This document shows positions 13,802 through 26,700 of a stretch of 64,000 nt of DNA, one piece after another. The DNA is from Eledone cirrhosa. Its lineage: Eukaryota. Location: assembly GCA_964016885.1 (NCBI GenBank), contig OZ024747.1, positions 52,080,001 to 52,144,000 of the forward strand, written 5' to 3'. The notes under the pieces are model-generated. The model saw nothing but the letters and a program-made list of their open reading frames with translations, was not told where the DNA came from and did not search any database. How positions within the stretch are numbered: position 1 is the stretch's first letter; every line of letters begins with the position of its first letter. The position numbers were made by a program, and so were the translations under genes.

Positions 13802-15165
13802 ATATTTAACGTCATCCGGCTATAAAGTATTTTTTGTCTTTCATCCACCCTTGATCAATAAATGAAAGATTGTTAATGGCTCATCATTGAATATTAACCC
13901 CTGACTTAAAACAAGGACATGTTGTTAAGACTTAGCCATAAATACAAAACAAAGACATATTGTTAAACACATCCGGATGATTAAAATCTCTTGTGTGTAT
14001 GTTTCTTTTTTTAAGGGGGGGGGGGGGTGTAAAATTACCGACAAAATAATTTTCAAGAAATATTATTATCATTACAAGAAATATTATCATTACGACATTT
14101 ACTGACATATTTCTTCAGATTGGAGATATTCTAGGATTTACAAAAGAGTTAATGATTTGCTCTCTCTCCCTCTCTGTATTCATGAAAAAAAACGCGTCAA
14201 TATTATGAAAACATAACCAAAGCAACTCAGTAATGGTCTCTAGGTAAATCAATAAAATAAAAGCAAAACTAAAAACAAACACCCACCCTCTCAAACACAA
14301 AACACGAACATCTCTGCCGAAACGTCAAATATGCCTTTCTTTCTTTTATGGCAACCTAACAACTTGTTCCTTTTTTTTCTTTGTTTAGTCTTGTTATTAT
14401 TTATGCTTCTTTTACTAAAATATAAATGAATGTTGGCATTCATCTACATATCGCCATGTTTTGCATTTTATTTGGTTGAGATTTGTAAAACATGTAGAGT
14501 GTAGATTTGCAATATTTTCCGGGAGCTTTTTCATTTTGCTTTTTTTTTTTATTCGTTTATTCAATCCTTTGCCTTATATTGTGTGGACAACTATGCACTG
14601 TATATCTATTGATTTTTTTTTGTTTTTCTTCATCATTATTTTTCTATTTTTATTATTAATATATTATTTCTATTTTTATTTCTTCAGCAGCAGTAAATAT
14701 ACACATGAAAAAAATGCAGAGATTCAAAATATGATCATTGAGTTTCATTCTTTTCTCAGTGAATAAAGCAACCAGTATAGAGAGATTCTGTAAATGTGTG
14801 GCTATCTAGATTGAATAACGTATTCATACGTTTTTTAAAAAAATTGAAATTATATCGTCGTTAATATTGTTATGAAATAAACTATGTTTTAATTATTCGG
14901 ACATGTAGTAAAGTCCCTGTTCATAAAAACACTATATCATATAGATTCTAAGTTCTAAAACCAGGTGTTTGGTGTTTAATCGGGAGTGGGGAAGGTTGTC
15001 CCGATGATCCATTACAGACTGGTGGGAGGAGAGAAGTTATCCTCAAACTAGAACCTTTGTCTGAATGTTTATAACAAAGTGTACTCTGCTAAAAGGACCC
15101 AGGGGCCAGGTGGTGGTGTTATAGCGAGCCATATCTAATATCTAACTAGTACTTTACACACACAC

Positions 15166-15211
<46 letters not shown>

Positions 15212-15311
15212 TTATATTTACAAGATATCCCCCAAAAAATGTATATACACATCAATAGCATTCTAATAATATTGTGTATACATTAATGGGATTGTATATA
15301 CATTATATATA

Positions 15312-15951
15312 CTAGCTAAAGTACCCGTCCTTTGGACAGTTCAAGTAGCTTTCGATGTAGCTAATTAAACTAAACAAAGTAAATTTGAATACATAGAAGA
15401 AAAACGTACTTTATGTAAACATGAAAACCTTAGGCACTATTCCAGCGAAATAATTAATATGTGACCTCGGTGTCATCCGTTATCCCATGTAACAACAGAA
15501 ATCCAGTCTAGGTATAAATTTTGTTGACAACAGTAAAACCTTTTGTTTCAAGTACAAAGAGTAAAGTAAAATCCGAATGAGCTGAATTGTAATAATCAAA
15601 ATCCCCAAACAAAATGTTTGACAACATCAAAAATGAGTTCCTATTGTATTGACAAAAGATAACTCTTGTCTTACTTAATCACGAAATATTGACGAAAGAT
15701 AACTCTTGTCTTACTTAATCACGAAAATTGACACAAATAACCTAAACTTTTTTAATGTCTCCAAAGGCCCCAATATCGATTTTTGAAAGCCTTTATAGAT
15801 CATGTACAGGTTTTGTGCAAGGAAAAGCTCTGTAAAAGATTTCAAAGAAATCGCATGAATCGTTTAGAATATATGAGCCCTCATTAAAAATTGTCCACAC
15901 ACACACATACACACACATACAGAAAACTACATTTTTATATATATATACAGA
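15312..15951 (-). mobile_element. Non-autonomous Helitron-like element
   Basis: The minus strand starts TCTGTATATATATATATAAAAATG, then a (TG)n tract, and ends with hairpin actgtcc-aaa-ggacggg about 10 nt before CTAG|T; internal 40-bp tandem duplication at 15647-15730. Confidence 0.65.
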
Positions 15952-16230
15952 ATTGCCAAGACTGGAATTGATCCATCAGCACAGTTGAGGTATGTCATAC
16001 ATCAATTTATATATTTTATTTGATGAGGGCGTACTGAAAAAACAGCACAGTACCTCCTTAATATATATATAATTAAATATATTTTGATTACGTCGAATGT
16101 CTATATTTATTAATATTTTGAATTAATAATAACTCCAGAAAACTTTTCTTGTTGAGTGCTTCTAATCTATTGTAAAACTATATTCATTGATTAATCAATG
16201 AACCTTGTTTTACTTTTGGTTATATACAGA
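15952..16230 (+). mobile_element. Solo PLE pseudo-LTR remnant with decayed hammerhead (16011-16080)
   Basis: atattttat TTGATGA GGGCGTACTG...CAGTACCTCC TTAA TATATATATA attaaatat. The downstream actccag...ttgttgagtgct is shared with the pLTRs at 22570 and 49770. Confidence 0.55.
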
Positions 16231-16241
16231 TATATATATAT

Positions 16242-17276
16242 ATAATAAGTTGATGGGAGTAGTATGGGTTTCACTGCTAGTACCGGTTGCATCTCAGCGT
16301 ACTCAATAGGTAATGTTATGTAAAATCCCAGAGTTGACACAGTCATTCGCTTCAACACGTAAATGGGTACCTTCAATCTATACCCGTTCTCGAGTTTCGG
16401 CCACACTTAATGCAGCAATAGAGTGCACACCATCCACTGTCTGCATTTATTATGCAACAATGCACAAGCGGCGCACGTGGCTTCATCAGCGAGTTTTGCC
16501 TAATCAAAAACCAATCGATCGACAGGATTAGATTCCAGTCCGTGTCGGCTATGACAGTGAACGTGACGGTCGACACAGTAAAACATTAGCAACTAAAATC
16601 GGTATATTTCATCACAATGCCGTCAACCGATTGACGATTGGGTCAGAAATTAACGTGACGGCAGGAGACGAAATTCAAATAGTTCCGTTTCCACCATAAG
16701 CACTCAGCCAACGTATCTCAAACACAAATTGACAAGCGAGTGAAAAATTGGTTATTATAGAAAATCAGTCTCCAATAACTGTACAATAGAATAGTAGCAT
16801 TCGGCTCTAGTCTCCAAGTACCATGGCGAGAAATAGTGTGACAGTAACAATGGTAGTGACTAAAACCTTTTCGGACATTAAATGCCAACAGGAGATTAGA
16901 CAGAGATATAGAGTTAGCACGCTGGTTATAATTTGAATTCTAGATATTTCAACCAGCGACGTGCGTAACCGGTCAATTTCACAACTTGTACCATTCAATA
17001 GGTGAGTGAGAGAGGAAGATAGAAGTTGTATTAGAGTGTGTATTAAACAAAACACAATAAAAAAGGTGTAAAATTGTTCAACTTACTCTCATTGTTAATC
17101 TGCTAGTTGGGAGAAAATAATAATAAGTTGACGGAACTAGCATGGGTTCCACTGCTAGGACTGGTTGCATCTCAACGTACTCAATAGGTAATGTTATGTA
17201 AAATCACAGAGTAGACTCAGTTATTTGCTTCAATACAACACACGTAAATGTGTACCTTCAATCTATACCCATTCAA
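16242..17276. repeat. Two diverged ~150-bp direct repeats (16242-16390 and 17119-17276) bracketing ~730 bp
   Basis: ataataagttga...ggttgcatctca.cgtactcaataggtaatgttatgtaaaatc...taccttcaatctataccc occurs twice. Confidence 0.85.
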
Positions 17277-17307
17277 AACAAAATTAGTTTCGCTCTAGCA
17301 TAGCTAC

Positions 17308-17572
17308 GTAAATCAATTCCTGAGTTTTATATCAAATACTAATGATTTCGATTCTTTTGCAAGCAAACAGCCTCATGACGCTATAAGTTTTAGACGACCA
17401 TCGCATTTCTTTGTTCTATCGGTGACAGAGACAATCGACAATAATATTGGTGTCACCGCTAGAACAAAAGAATGACGATGGTCGTCTAAAACACATAACG
17501 TAATGAGGATGTTTGCTTGCAAACGAATCGAATATTATTATTATTCGAAACAAAATTCACGAATGCATTTAT
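17308..17572. mobile_element. Fold-back (palindromic) MITE-like element adjoining (TA)n
   Basis: Arms ttgcaagcaaacagcctcat..ttttagacgaccatcg..ttgttcta.cggtgaca and tgtcaccgctagaacaa..cgatggtcgtctaaaa..atgaggatgtttgcttgcaa. Confidence 0.75.
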
Positions 17573-17696
17573 ATATATATATATACATTTATATATATAT
17601 ATATTCAATCATATATTATTTGTTTGACCCGAATAGCTTGCTCGCCTTTTTGGCTTTGCGGTTAATGGTTTAACCATCGTCTCAGTGTGTATGGCC

Positions 17697-17748
<52 letters not shown>

Positions 17749-17759
17749 CACACAGAAAT

Positions 17760-17804
<45 letters not shown>

Positions 17805-17889
17805 ATCTTTTACTCTTTTACCTGTTCCAGCCATCCGGCTGAGGCCATCCTGGGACACCGCCCTTGTTGCTACACATCCTATCTCCAGC

Positions 17890-18295
17890 CTGTGTTGCCT
17901 GGACATTGGTGAAAGAGGGAGTTCGTTTCTGCTGTCCTTAGGTTACCTTCATACCGTGCTGTGGGCTCATCCGAGAGTTGAGGGCCTTTGAACGCCAGGC
18001 TATTGCAATATCTGCTCCTTATTCTAGATGTGAAAGACGGGACCTTTGGTACCACACAGTGACGTCCTGTTCGGGGGTTGGTCCAGCTCCCAATGCCACA
18101 GTTTGGTGCTAGTCCCTCCAGAATTTTCCATATGTATATTACTGCGTATCTCTCCCGTCTTCGGTCAAGGAGTTTCAGTTCTTTCAGCCTCTTCCAGTAA
18201 CTTATCTCCTCATCTTGGCAATCCTTTTGGTGTAGCTTCGTTGGATTGCCTCAAGCTCCGTGGTTAGTTTGAAACTATGGGGTGACCACTGCTGG
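17890..18295 (-). mobile_element. CR1-group LINE ORF2 C-terminal fragment
   Basis: Minus strand SYWKRLKELKL/LDRRRERYAVIYIWKILEGLAPN...RTGRHCVVP...NSLAFKGPQL. Confidence 0.75.
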
Positions 18296-18309
18296 GAATA
18301 TATATATTC

Positions 18310-19115
18310 CCCTTCCCCCATCACCTACCACCCCTCTACCCTACGCCTCGACCGTACCACCCTCCGCCTTTTCTGTCACCTCCAGTCCGACCCCTCCACC
18401 TTCCCCATCTTCTCGTCCCCACCCCTCCCCTCCTTCAAACGCGCGCGCAATCTCCGCAACTTCCTCGCCCGCAGCTCCCTACCCCCTAATCCCCCCCTTT
18501 TCTTTTCCACATTAACAACACCACAACCTTCCAGGGTCCCAACGGCCACTCTCTCTCTCTCTCTGTGTCTGGCATGCCTTCCGCTGAACCTCCTCCAACC
18601 TCGACTATGGACTTCGCTACACGGAGTGCAACGCAACCTACGTCGGGCAGACCGGACGTCGCCTGGCGGATCGGTTCACAGAGCACCTCCGAGATATTCG
18701 TCTCGGCGATAGTTCCCCCATCGACCGCAACTTTGGTTCCCCTGGACACCCCGCCAATCACCTCACCGTCTGTGGCCTGATCGAATGCCATAGGACGCCC
18801 GCAACCCGCCTTAGGGGCGAACAACACTACATCTTCACACTACAGACACCACCCCTCGTGCCTGAATTCACTACCCCTCTTCTATTAACCTTCGACCGCA
18901 CCCCCTCTTTGTCCCCTACACACACACCCTACTAACACCACTAAAACGCTCCCAAGATTCACTGTCCACCCCACCCGCTCCCCCTATCACATACGCACCC
19001 ATACCCTCAACACGCACACACACAACCATACATTTCCACTCATCCACACCACACAAACACAGTCACACACACGGGCATATCCTCACATACACCTATTAAA
19101 CCTCCGGACTCCGCA
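18310..19115 (+). mobile_element. Penelope-like element fragment (Neptune-like GIY-YIG endonuclease region, decayed)
   Basis: ITYHPST...FSSPPLPSFKRARNLRNFLARSSL, then NLDYGLRYTECNATYVGQTGRRLADRFTEHLRDIR...GEQHYIFTLQT. Confidence 0.85.
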
Positions 19116-19243
19116 CGCAAAAAATCGGTGCTTTCACCCTTAACGAGATCTTCTGAAACTAAAAAAATCAATCTGTGAACGCAGAAGTAAATATTTCGAA
19201 AAACGTTGCAACCGAGGGCAGACAGGAAGACGATAATATATAT

Positions 19244-19274
<31 letters not shown>

Positions 19275-19626
19275 GCATATATATATATATATATGCATAT
19301 ATATATATATATGCATATATATGTATATATATATATATATATATGCATATATATGTATATATATATATGCATATATATGTATATATATATATAAATATAT
19401 ATATATATGCATATATATATATATATATATATATGCATATATATATATATGCATATATATGTATATATATATATGCATATATATATATATTTATATATAT
19501 ATATATATATAATATATGTAGAAGTTCTATTTAAATTGTTGGGATACAACAAGCAAATATTTTTATAACTGTTATAAAGCACTCAACAAATTATTGGAGT
19601 AAAAATACGATATATTAACAAATGGA

Positions 19627-19700
<74 letters not shown>

Positions 19701-19908
19701 GATATTAACAAATGGAAACTATATTTATAAAACCATATCTATTTTATTATACATATTTCAAGGATACCATGTTAAATTATGGTATGCTTTCATCAAACAA
19801 AATACAATACCTTACAAAATGCAACCGTTACTTTTGGAAGACATCGGGATAGTGGATTTGTTTACTTATATTAGTAAGTCGTTGTGTTACAGAGAAGGAT
19901 GTTACAAA

Positions 19909-20910
19909 GAATTTTCTAGATGTAACACTAAATCTTAACACACGTCTTCATTATCCATTTCACAAACTAAATGAGAACTTAAATTATGTCAATTTTAACT
20001 CTAATCACACCCAGATCCGTTAAAAATACTATAGTGAACTCTGTACAAGAACGAATTTCGAGAATTTCATCCAATAAGAATATATTTGATGAAAAAGCGC
20101 ATTATTACAACGAAGCGTTAGGTAGAGCTGGGTATAGAAATAAAATTAAATACATCGATAATAATAATAATATAACAACTAACCATAATAATAACTATTT
20201 TAATTATGGTAACAATTTTAACAACTATAATAGAAAACCTTACAATGATTCCGAAAGCCGAAAAAGAAATAGAACTAGGAACATATTATGGTTCGCTCCT
20301 CCTTTCTCACTAAATATTAAAACTCCTATCGCTAAACTATTCTTTAAAGCTCTTGACAAACGCTTCCCTAGAACACATAGATATTACTCAATTTTTAATA
20401 GACATACTATAAAATTAACTTACTCTTCCACCAAAAATTTAGCGCAAAATATTAATAGAATTAATAATAGAAATTTAAAACCTAACCAAAATACCAATAA
20501 TAACCCAAGCAATATTCAATCGAATAATTGTAACTGTAGAAATAAATCCAACTGTCCGTTAAATAACAATTGCTTAGCTAATAATGTAGTTTATAATTGT
20601 AATATAAAAACTAATTTAAATTCATTTAATTATGTCGGATCTACCTCCACAGAGTTTAAATCCCGCTTCATTAATCATAAAAACTCTTTTACAGATCCAA
20701 ACAAAAAATCTTCAACTTCTCTATCTAGCCTATTATGGGACCTAAAACGAAAAATGTTGAATATTCGCTACTCCTTTTAACTCTTCTTCAGAAAATTGCG
20801 ATGTTTGTATAGAGGAAATATTCTTTATATTAAAGACCAAAAATTCCCTGAATTTAAGGAATAATTTATTCAGTTTCTGCAGGCATAGATTGACCTCAAC
20901 GTTTAAATAT
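19909..20910 (+). pseudogene. PLE RT C-terminus, CxCx5C linker and GIY-YIG endonuclease (frameshifted)
   Basis: NFLDVTLNL..; RNILWFAPPFS; IFNRHTIKLTYS; CNCRNKSNCPLNNNCLANNVVY...YVGSTSTEFKSRFINHKNSF; TSLSSLLWDLK; C..C.EEI...LN.R....FCRH. Confidence 0.88.
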
Positions 20911-22458
20911 AAATATAAATTTAAAATGTAGTATATAATTAATTAATTAATTTGGTTAATATATGAAACCTGTCGATAAATCATTAGATTCCTTCATCTT
21001 TTTCATTTTCTTTGGTTAAGTACTCAAGTATGAAAAAATGTTCTTCCTAAATATAAATATAAATATAATAAACTATTCTAGAGAAATATATTGAGAGCTC
21101 TTGAAAGGAAAAAATATTTCCTATTTCTTATTTTTTATATTTTTTAAATTTTTTATATTTTTTATATTTTTTATGTTTTTTATATTTTTTATATTTTTTT
21201 ATTTTTTATTTATTTTTTTATTATGTTTGTTTTTATTCTGATAGCTTCTCATAATTTTCGAAAGTTTATCCTTTCAATATCTTGAGTAAAATATACGTAA
21301 GATAAATTTCTATACTAAATCTATTAAACAGATTATTTTAACTTAACATATTCTATAATATTTTGAAATATTTTAATATTTTAATATTTTAGAATTCTTT
21401 TGTTTTTAAAGTTATATTGATATAATTATATTTCCAAAATATAATCCTTTTGTATTTTATGTACTCAATTATACTATGTACTATATTGATGTATACTTAT
21501 CTCTATACGTGTATGTACGTATATGTGTATATTAACATACATATAGATGTGTTATATTCATTTTTATGAATATATGTCTGTCTGTATGTGTGCATGCGTG
21601 ACGCGTGTCTACCAATTGGCTGAGGATGCACACACACGTATATGTATGTATATGTAAGAATTGTGTGTGTACATATACATGTATATCCTACAATTTGATT
21701 GCAGATAGACATAACTAACAGCCATAAATGCATGACAGCTAATCTTATATATTTATATATATATATTAAAAATTTTTATTTAATAACACAAACGATATTT
21801 AACATTAAATTTAAAAAATCATTTATGCTTTGTATGTATATATTATATACGGGGGTAGATATGATGTGTATTTTGTGAGTGTGTGTATATATATATATTT
21901 ATGGATTTTTGCCTGTGTGTACGTGTTATATGATATGTAGCTTCTCTAGCAATATATAGATTTCTTAATGTTTAAATTCCAATTTTTAATATATTGATCT
22001 CAATTTTTAAACTAAATATCTAATCATAGTTAAACAATGATTAATTTCTCATATTATATATGTATATTCCATTCATGAATATTAATATTTCTAATTTTAT
22101 TTATTCATTTCATCTCAATTGTTAACTTAACTTAATATGACATGACTTAAGGTTTTCGTTCTATCCCCCTCTCTCTATCTCTATATTTCTCTCTCTCGAT
22201 TTTCTCTCTCTGTCTGGTGTTTTGATATCTCTCTCTCGTTTTCTCTCTTTTTCCTTTTTTCTTTTTTTTCTTTTTTCTTTCTTTCTTTTCTCCCTTTTCT
22301 CTCTGTCCGTTTTTCTCTCTCTCCGTCTTTTTCCTTCTCTGTAACACAACGACTTACTAATATAAGTAAACAAATCCACTATCCCGATGTGTTCCAAAAG
22401 TAACGGTTGCATTTTGTAAGGGTATGTCAATATTTATTTATAAAACTGGTATATATTG

Positions 22459-22523
22459 TATTTTGTCTGATGAAAGCATACCATAATTTAACATGGTATC
22501 CTTGAAATATGTATAATAATATA
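22459..22523 (+). ncRNA. Type I hammerhead ribozyme in PLE 3' pseudo-LTR
   Basis: tattttgt CTGATGA AAGCATACCAT-aatttaac-ATGGTATCCTT GAAA TATGTA TA ataatata. The inverted copy at 19741-19803(-) has TTGATGA. Confidence 0.75.
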
Positions 22524-22650
22524 GATATGGTTTTATAAATATAGTTTCCATTTGTTAATATCGTATATTTACTCCAAATACTTGTCGAGTGCTTTATATC
22601 AGTTATAAAAATATTTGCTTATTGCATCCCAACAATTTAAATAGAACTTT

Positions 22651-22759
<109 letters not shown>

Positions 22760-23064
22760 TTATTATTATTATTACATTCATAAGGCTTATCGAGTGCTTG
22801 GCTGCATTTCTGAATGCATTCCTCGGCTTAGCTGCTTCGAATATGCTGTACCTCCATTTGTATATATATATATCAGAAGACCCCGTTAAGGGTGAAAGCA
22901 GCGATTCTTTGCTTAAACTTTAATCTGTTATTTTAATATATATATATATATATAGTCCTATGCGAGCAAGACAACCACTCTTGCTTCAAGTGGGAAAACT
23001 CCCGTCCAAACCCATGCAAGCGTGGAATATGGACATTAAACGATGATGATGATGATGATGATGA

Positions 23065-23112
<48 letters not shown>

Positions 23113-23220
23113 ATAATAATAAAATTTGAAGACTAAAATCCAAAGAGGGCTCGATAAGGATAAATATATATCAAATATATAAGAACCGTAGAGCAAATAT
23201 TTATTAAAATAACAGATTAA

Positions 23221-23271
23221 AGTTTAAGCAAAGAATCGCTGCTTTCACCCTTAACGGGATCTTCTGAAACT
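23221..23271 (-). ncRNA. Type I hammerhead-like motif with variant core CAGAAGA
   Basis: Minus strand AGTTT CAGAAGA T CCC gttaa GGG T GAA AGCA gcgattctt TGCT T AAACT; partial copies at 22873-22919(+) and 19117-19160(-). Confidence 0.65.
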
Positions 23272-23410
23272 AACAAAGTCAATCTGTGAACGCAGAAGTG
23301 AATATTTCAAAAAACGTTGCAACCGGAGGAAGACAGGAAGACGTTACTTTGGTTCGTGGAAACGTTCCCTGGCAATATATATTTACATAATAAATACTAC
23401 AATATGATTA

Positions 23411-23483
23411 TTCCATTACCACAGGTTTCAGAAACCTAGACGATCCTAAAAGAAACGTCCAGTATGCTCATCAGATTTTGGAT
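23411..23483 (-). ncRNA. Hammerhead-like motif with intact core but weak stem I and basal stem II
   Basis: Minus strand tccaaaat CTGATGA gcata CTGGACG tttct ttt aggat CGTCTAG gtttct GAAA CC tgt GG TA atgga. Confidence 0.5.
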
Positions 23484-23651
23484 ATAAGATTTGAAATTAA
23501 TATCTATTAAAAATGAAAGTGGGACTGAATTCAAATAATGCAAAAAATACATGTACACATAATACATGCATGCTCATACACACAAAAACACATGAGTGTA
23601 TCTATACGTACATATATACACACATACGTACAAACATACACACACTCATAT

Positions 23652-23704
<53 letters not shown>

Positions 23705-26700
23705 GTACACACACACATATATATGTTAAGTATTTCCATAGAAGATGTAAAGGAAAGAGTGATCTATGTATAGTTCAATTCCTGCCGAGGTTAGTTTTGC
23801 CTTTCGGGGTCGAAAAAATAATGTACTGGGGTCGATTTAATAGACTTTCCCCTCCTCCAAAATTTCTGGCCTTGTTCCTAAATCAGAAACCATTATCGAC
23901 AGAATCGCTAGAGCACCGGAAAAAATGCTTTGCGGTATTTAGTTACGGCCCTATACATTCCAGGTTCAAATCTCGCCGAGCTCAACTTTGCCTTTCACCC
24001 TTCCGATGTCGATAGTACCAGTCAAGTACTGGGATGTTTTTTTTTCGACTTCCCTCTTCCCCCAAATTGCTAGCCTTGGGCCTAAATTAAAAGCCATTAT
24101 CATTTAGATAATATTTAGATAATAATTTATTGAATTGGCAGTATTGGTAGAGGGTTGGACGCCATGCTTTCTAGCATAGTTACACCCCTTTACGGTCTGA
24201 GTTCAAATCCCGTCGAGGTTAACTTTATCTTTCATCCTTACGGGGTCGATAAAATAAAGTACCAGTAATGCACTGGATATTTGCTGGCCTTGTACCAAAT
24301 GTAGAAACAATTATTATTTAGATAAAATACAAAAACGGTTTTGTTTGATTCGCGTCCAGTAAAGTAATCACCAAAATTTGACCTCCGCTAAAATCTTGCT
24401 ATCGTTTGGTTTGTCATTTTAAAATAATTTCTTAAATGTATGCACCCTTTCACTCTCCCTTTTCTTTTTCGCTACCCGACACTCTAGCTATCACAGCGTC
24501 TACCGTCCCTAGTCTGATAACTGATTTCGTTTGTTTTAATATTGCTGGGGGTTTCCCCCTACCTAAAACTACGAAATGAAGACTTACTGTCTATTTATAT
24601 ATTCTTATAAGTTTTGTTGTGTGTACTTAGTTATCTTTTACTCGTTGTTACTGTCTCCCTCTCTGTCCCCCACCCACACTTTCTGTTCCTCACACCGAAA
24701 CAAACTCCCTCCTCACCCTTTTAGTACCCTCTATTTCTTTCTTAGCTGGCTAGACAGACGCCGCAAAACCATCGGTAGAGTCCCTGCTTTACTGTTTTGC
24801 CGCCGCCTTCATGACGCCTTATAACCTTTTTATACACACAAGCCACATTCATCTTGCTTTTACATTGCTGCCTGATCTAGCTAAATACCTCAAATAAGAA
24901 GAAAGCTATTAAAACATTCTACAACTGATTTAATGGTAACACAGTGAAGTTGTTCTGTTGATAATTACTAATAATAAAATACCAACTGCTCTCCATACAA
25001 CAATTAGAATTTTTCCTTTTTTTTTTTATTACAGCAAAGAATTATTTTTAAAAATTACTATGCAGAAAATGTTCATAGGACTATGAACAACCTAACTGAA
25101 TGAGATTCAAGATTCGACAGAAGACATTTAGAGATTTTGGGAACATATTTTACCCTCGATGAATATATCCATCAGTGAATTGGCAGAGCCGTTTAGGACA
25201 TCAGAAGAAAGGATTTGAGGTATTTGTTCCCACTCTCTGCGCGTTGAGTTCAAATTCCTCCAAATTCAACTCTGCTTTTCCCCCATTCAGTGTCGGTAAA
25301 TAAAGTACCAGTTCACGAAAGGTGCATTGGCGAAATTGTTAAAGCGTTGGACGCTTTAACAATATATATTTTGTGAGTTCTGAGTCCGAATTCTATGAAG
25401 GGATTCAAATCCCACAAATAGCCAGGGTTAATCCCTCGACCACGTGACCACAACCAATAATTGTTTCTACTTTAGGCACAAGGCCAGCAATTACCCAGTG
25501 CATTACTGGTACTTTATTTTATTGACCCCGTAAGGATGAAAGGCAAAGTCAATCTCGGCGGGATTTGAACTCAGATCTTAAAGGGACGTAACTATGCTGG
25601 AAAGCATGGCGTCCGACTCTCTACCGATACTGCCAATCCACCGCCGAGTGGTGCGAATAAATCAGGAGAACTGCATCCGTCCCGAGGAAGGTGCCCAATG
25701 AGATAGGGGGGATGATGCAGTGGGTGCCGCAGGTTGTTCACTATGGCAATGCCTTCATCATTATTTTCCGCGGTGTGCAGCTGAGACATACCATCTAAAC
25801 AGAAGTGTAAAGCCTGTCACTCCGCCCCCTTTTCCTTACTCTCGCCATGTAATCCATCCATAGGTCCTTAACTCTTTTTGGTGCCGTAGGGACACCATCG
25901 AAACATTTAAATCTTGATGTAGCCCATTCCTCTCCGGGTCTGAACACAGCCGGATTCTTTTTTTTTTTTTCAGAGAAGAATGAGAGAAAGGGAGAGAATC
26001 AATCCTAGTACTCGACTAGTATTTTATTTATCGACCTCTAAGGGGTGAAAGACAAATTTGACTTTGGCGGGTGTTGAAATTAAATCTCTGAGAGCTGGCT
26101 CGAATACTACAATACACTCTCTTCAACATTCTAATAATAACTCTGCCATTCGCAGCCTTAGGAGATAAACTACTAGAATAGAAAATCTCTTCATAAGGAA
26201 AATTTGACAACCACTGTCAAATTTTCTGAGTTCAAATCTCCCCCCCCCCCCCTTCTGCCAGGAGTTGAGACTTGCAGATAATATCAGCAATGGAATAACT
26301 AATAGAACCCTTGTTTCCTTGGTCTTATCTGATGATCGGTTCCCTTCCTTTCTTAGATATAGAACAGCAAGAGTGTATGTGTAAACATATTTATTCATCA
26401 TTATGCCTATGACGCATAGAGTTACGGTTCTTGCCATTCTGAGTTCAAATCCCGCCGAGGTTGACTTTGCCTTTCATTCTTACGGGGTCGATAAAATAAA
26501 GTACCAGTAATACAGTGGTAATTGCTGGCCTTGTGTCTAAAGTAGAAACAATTATGCCTATTTGTATATGTGGCGAATTCACGGTGTCTTTAATAAGACG
26601 GACAGGATAATTTGCGGAATTTGTCTCGGCTCTCTGCTCACTGATATCCAATCTCCTCGCACGCTCGCATTCTCTGGAAGAAATCTGTTATGTTCAGATC

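Larger units (their letters stand above)
19513..22635 (+). mobile_element. 5'-truncated Penelope-like element with inverted 5' pseudo-LTR (19513-19899) and 3' pseudo-LTR (22332-22635), flanked by (TA)n
   Basis: The two ends are reverse complements (e.g. gtcgttgtgttacagagaagga / tccttctctgtaacacaacgac); the internal ORF is a PLE RT C-terminus plus GIY-YIG. Confidence 0.9.
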
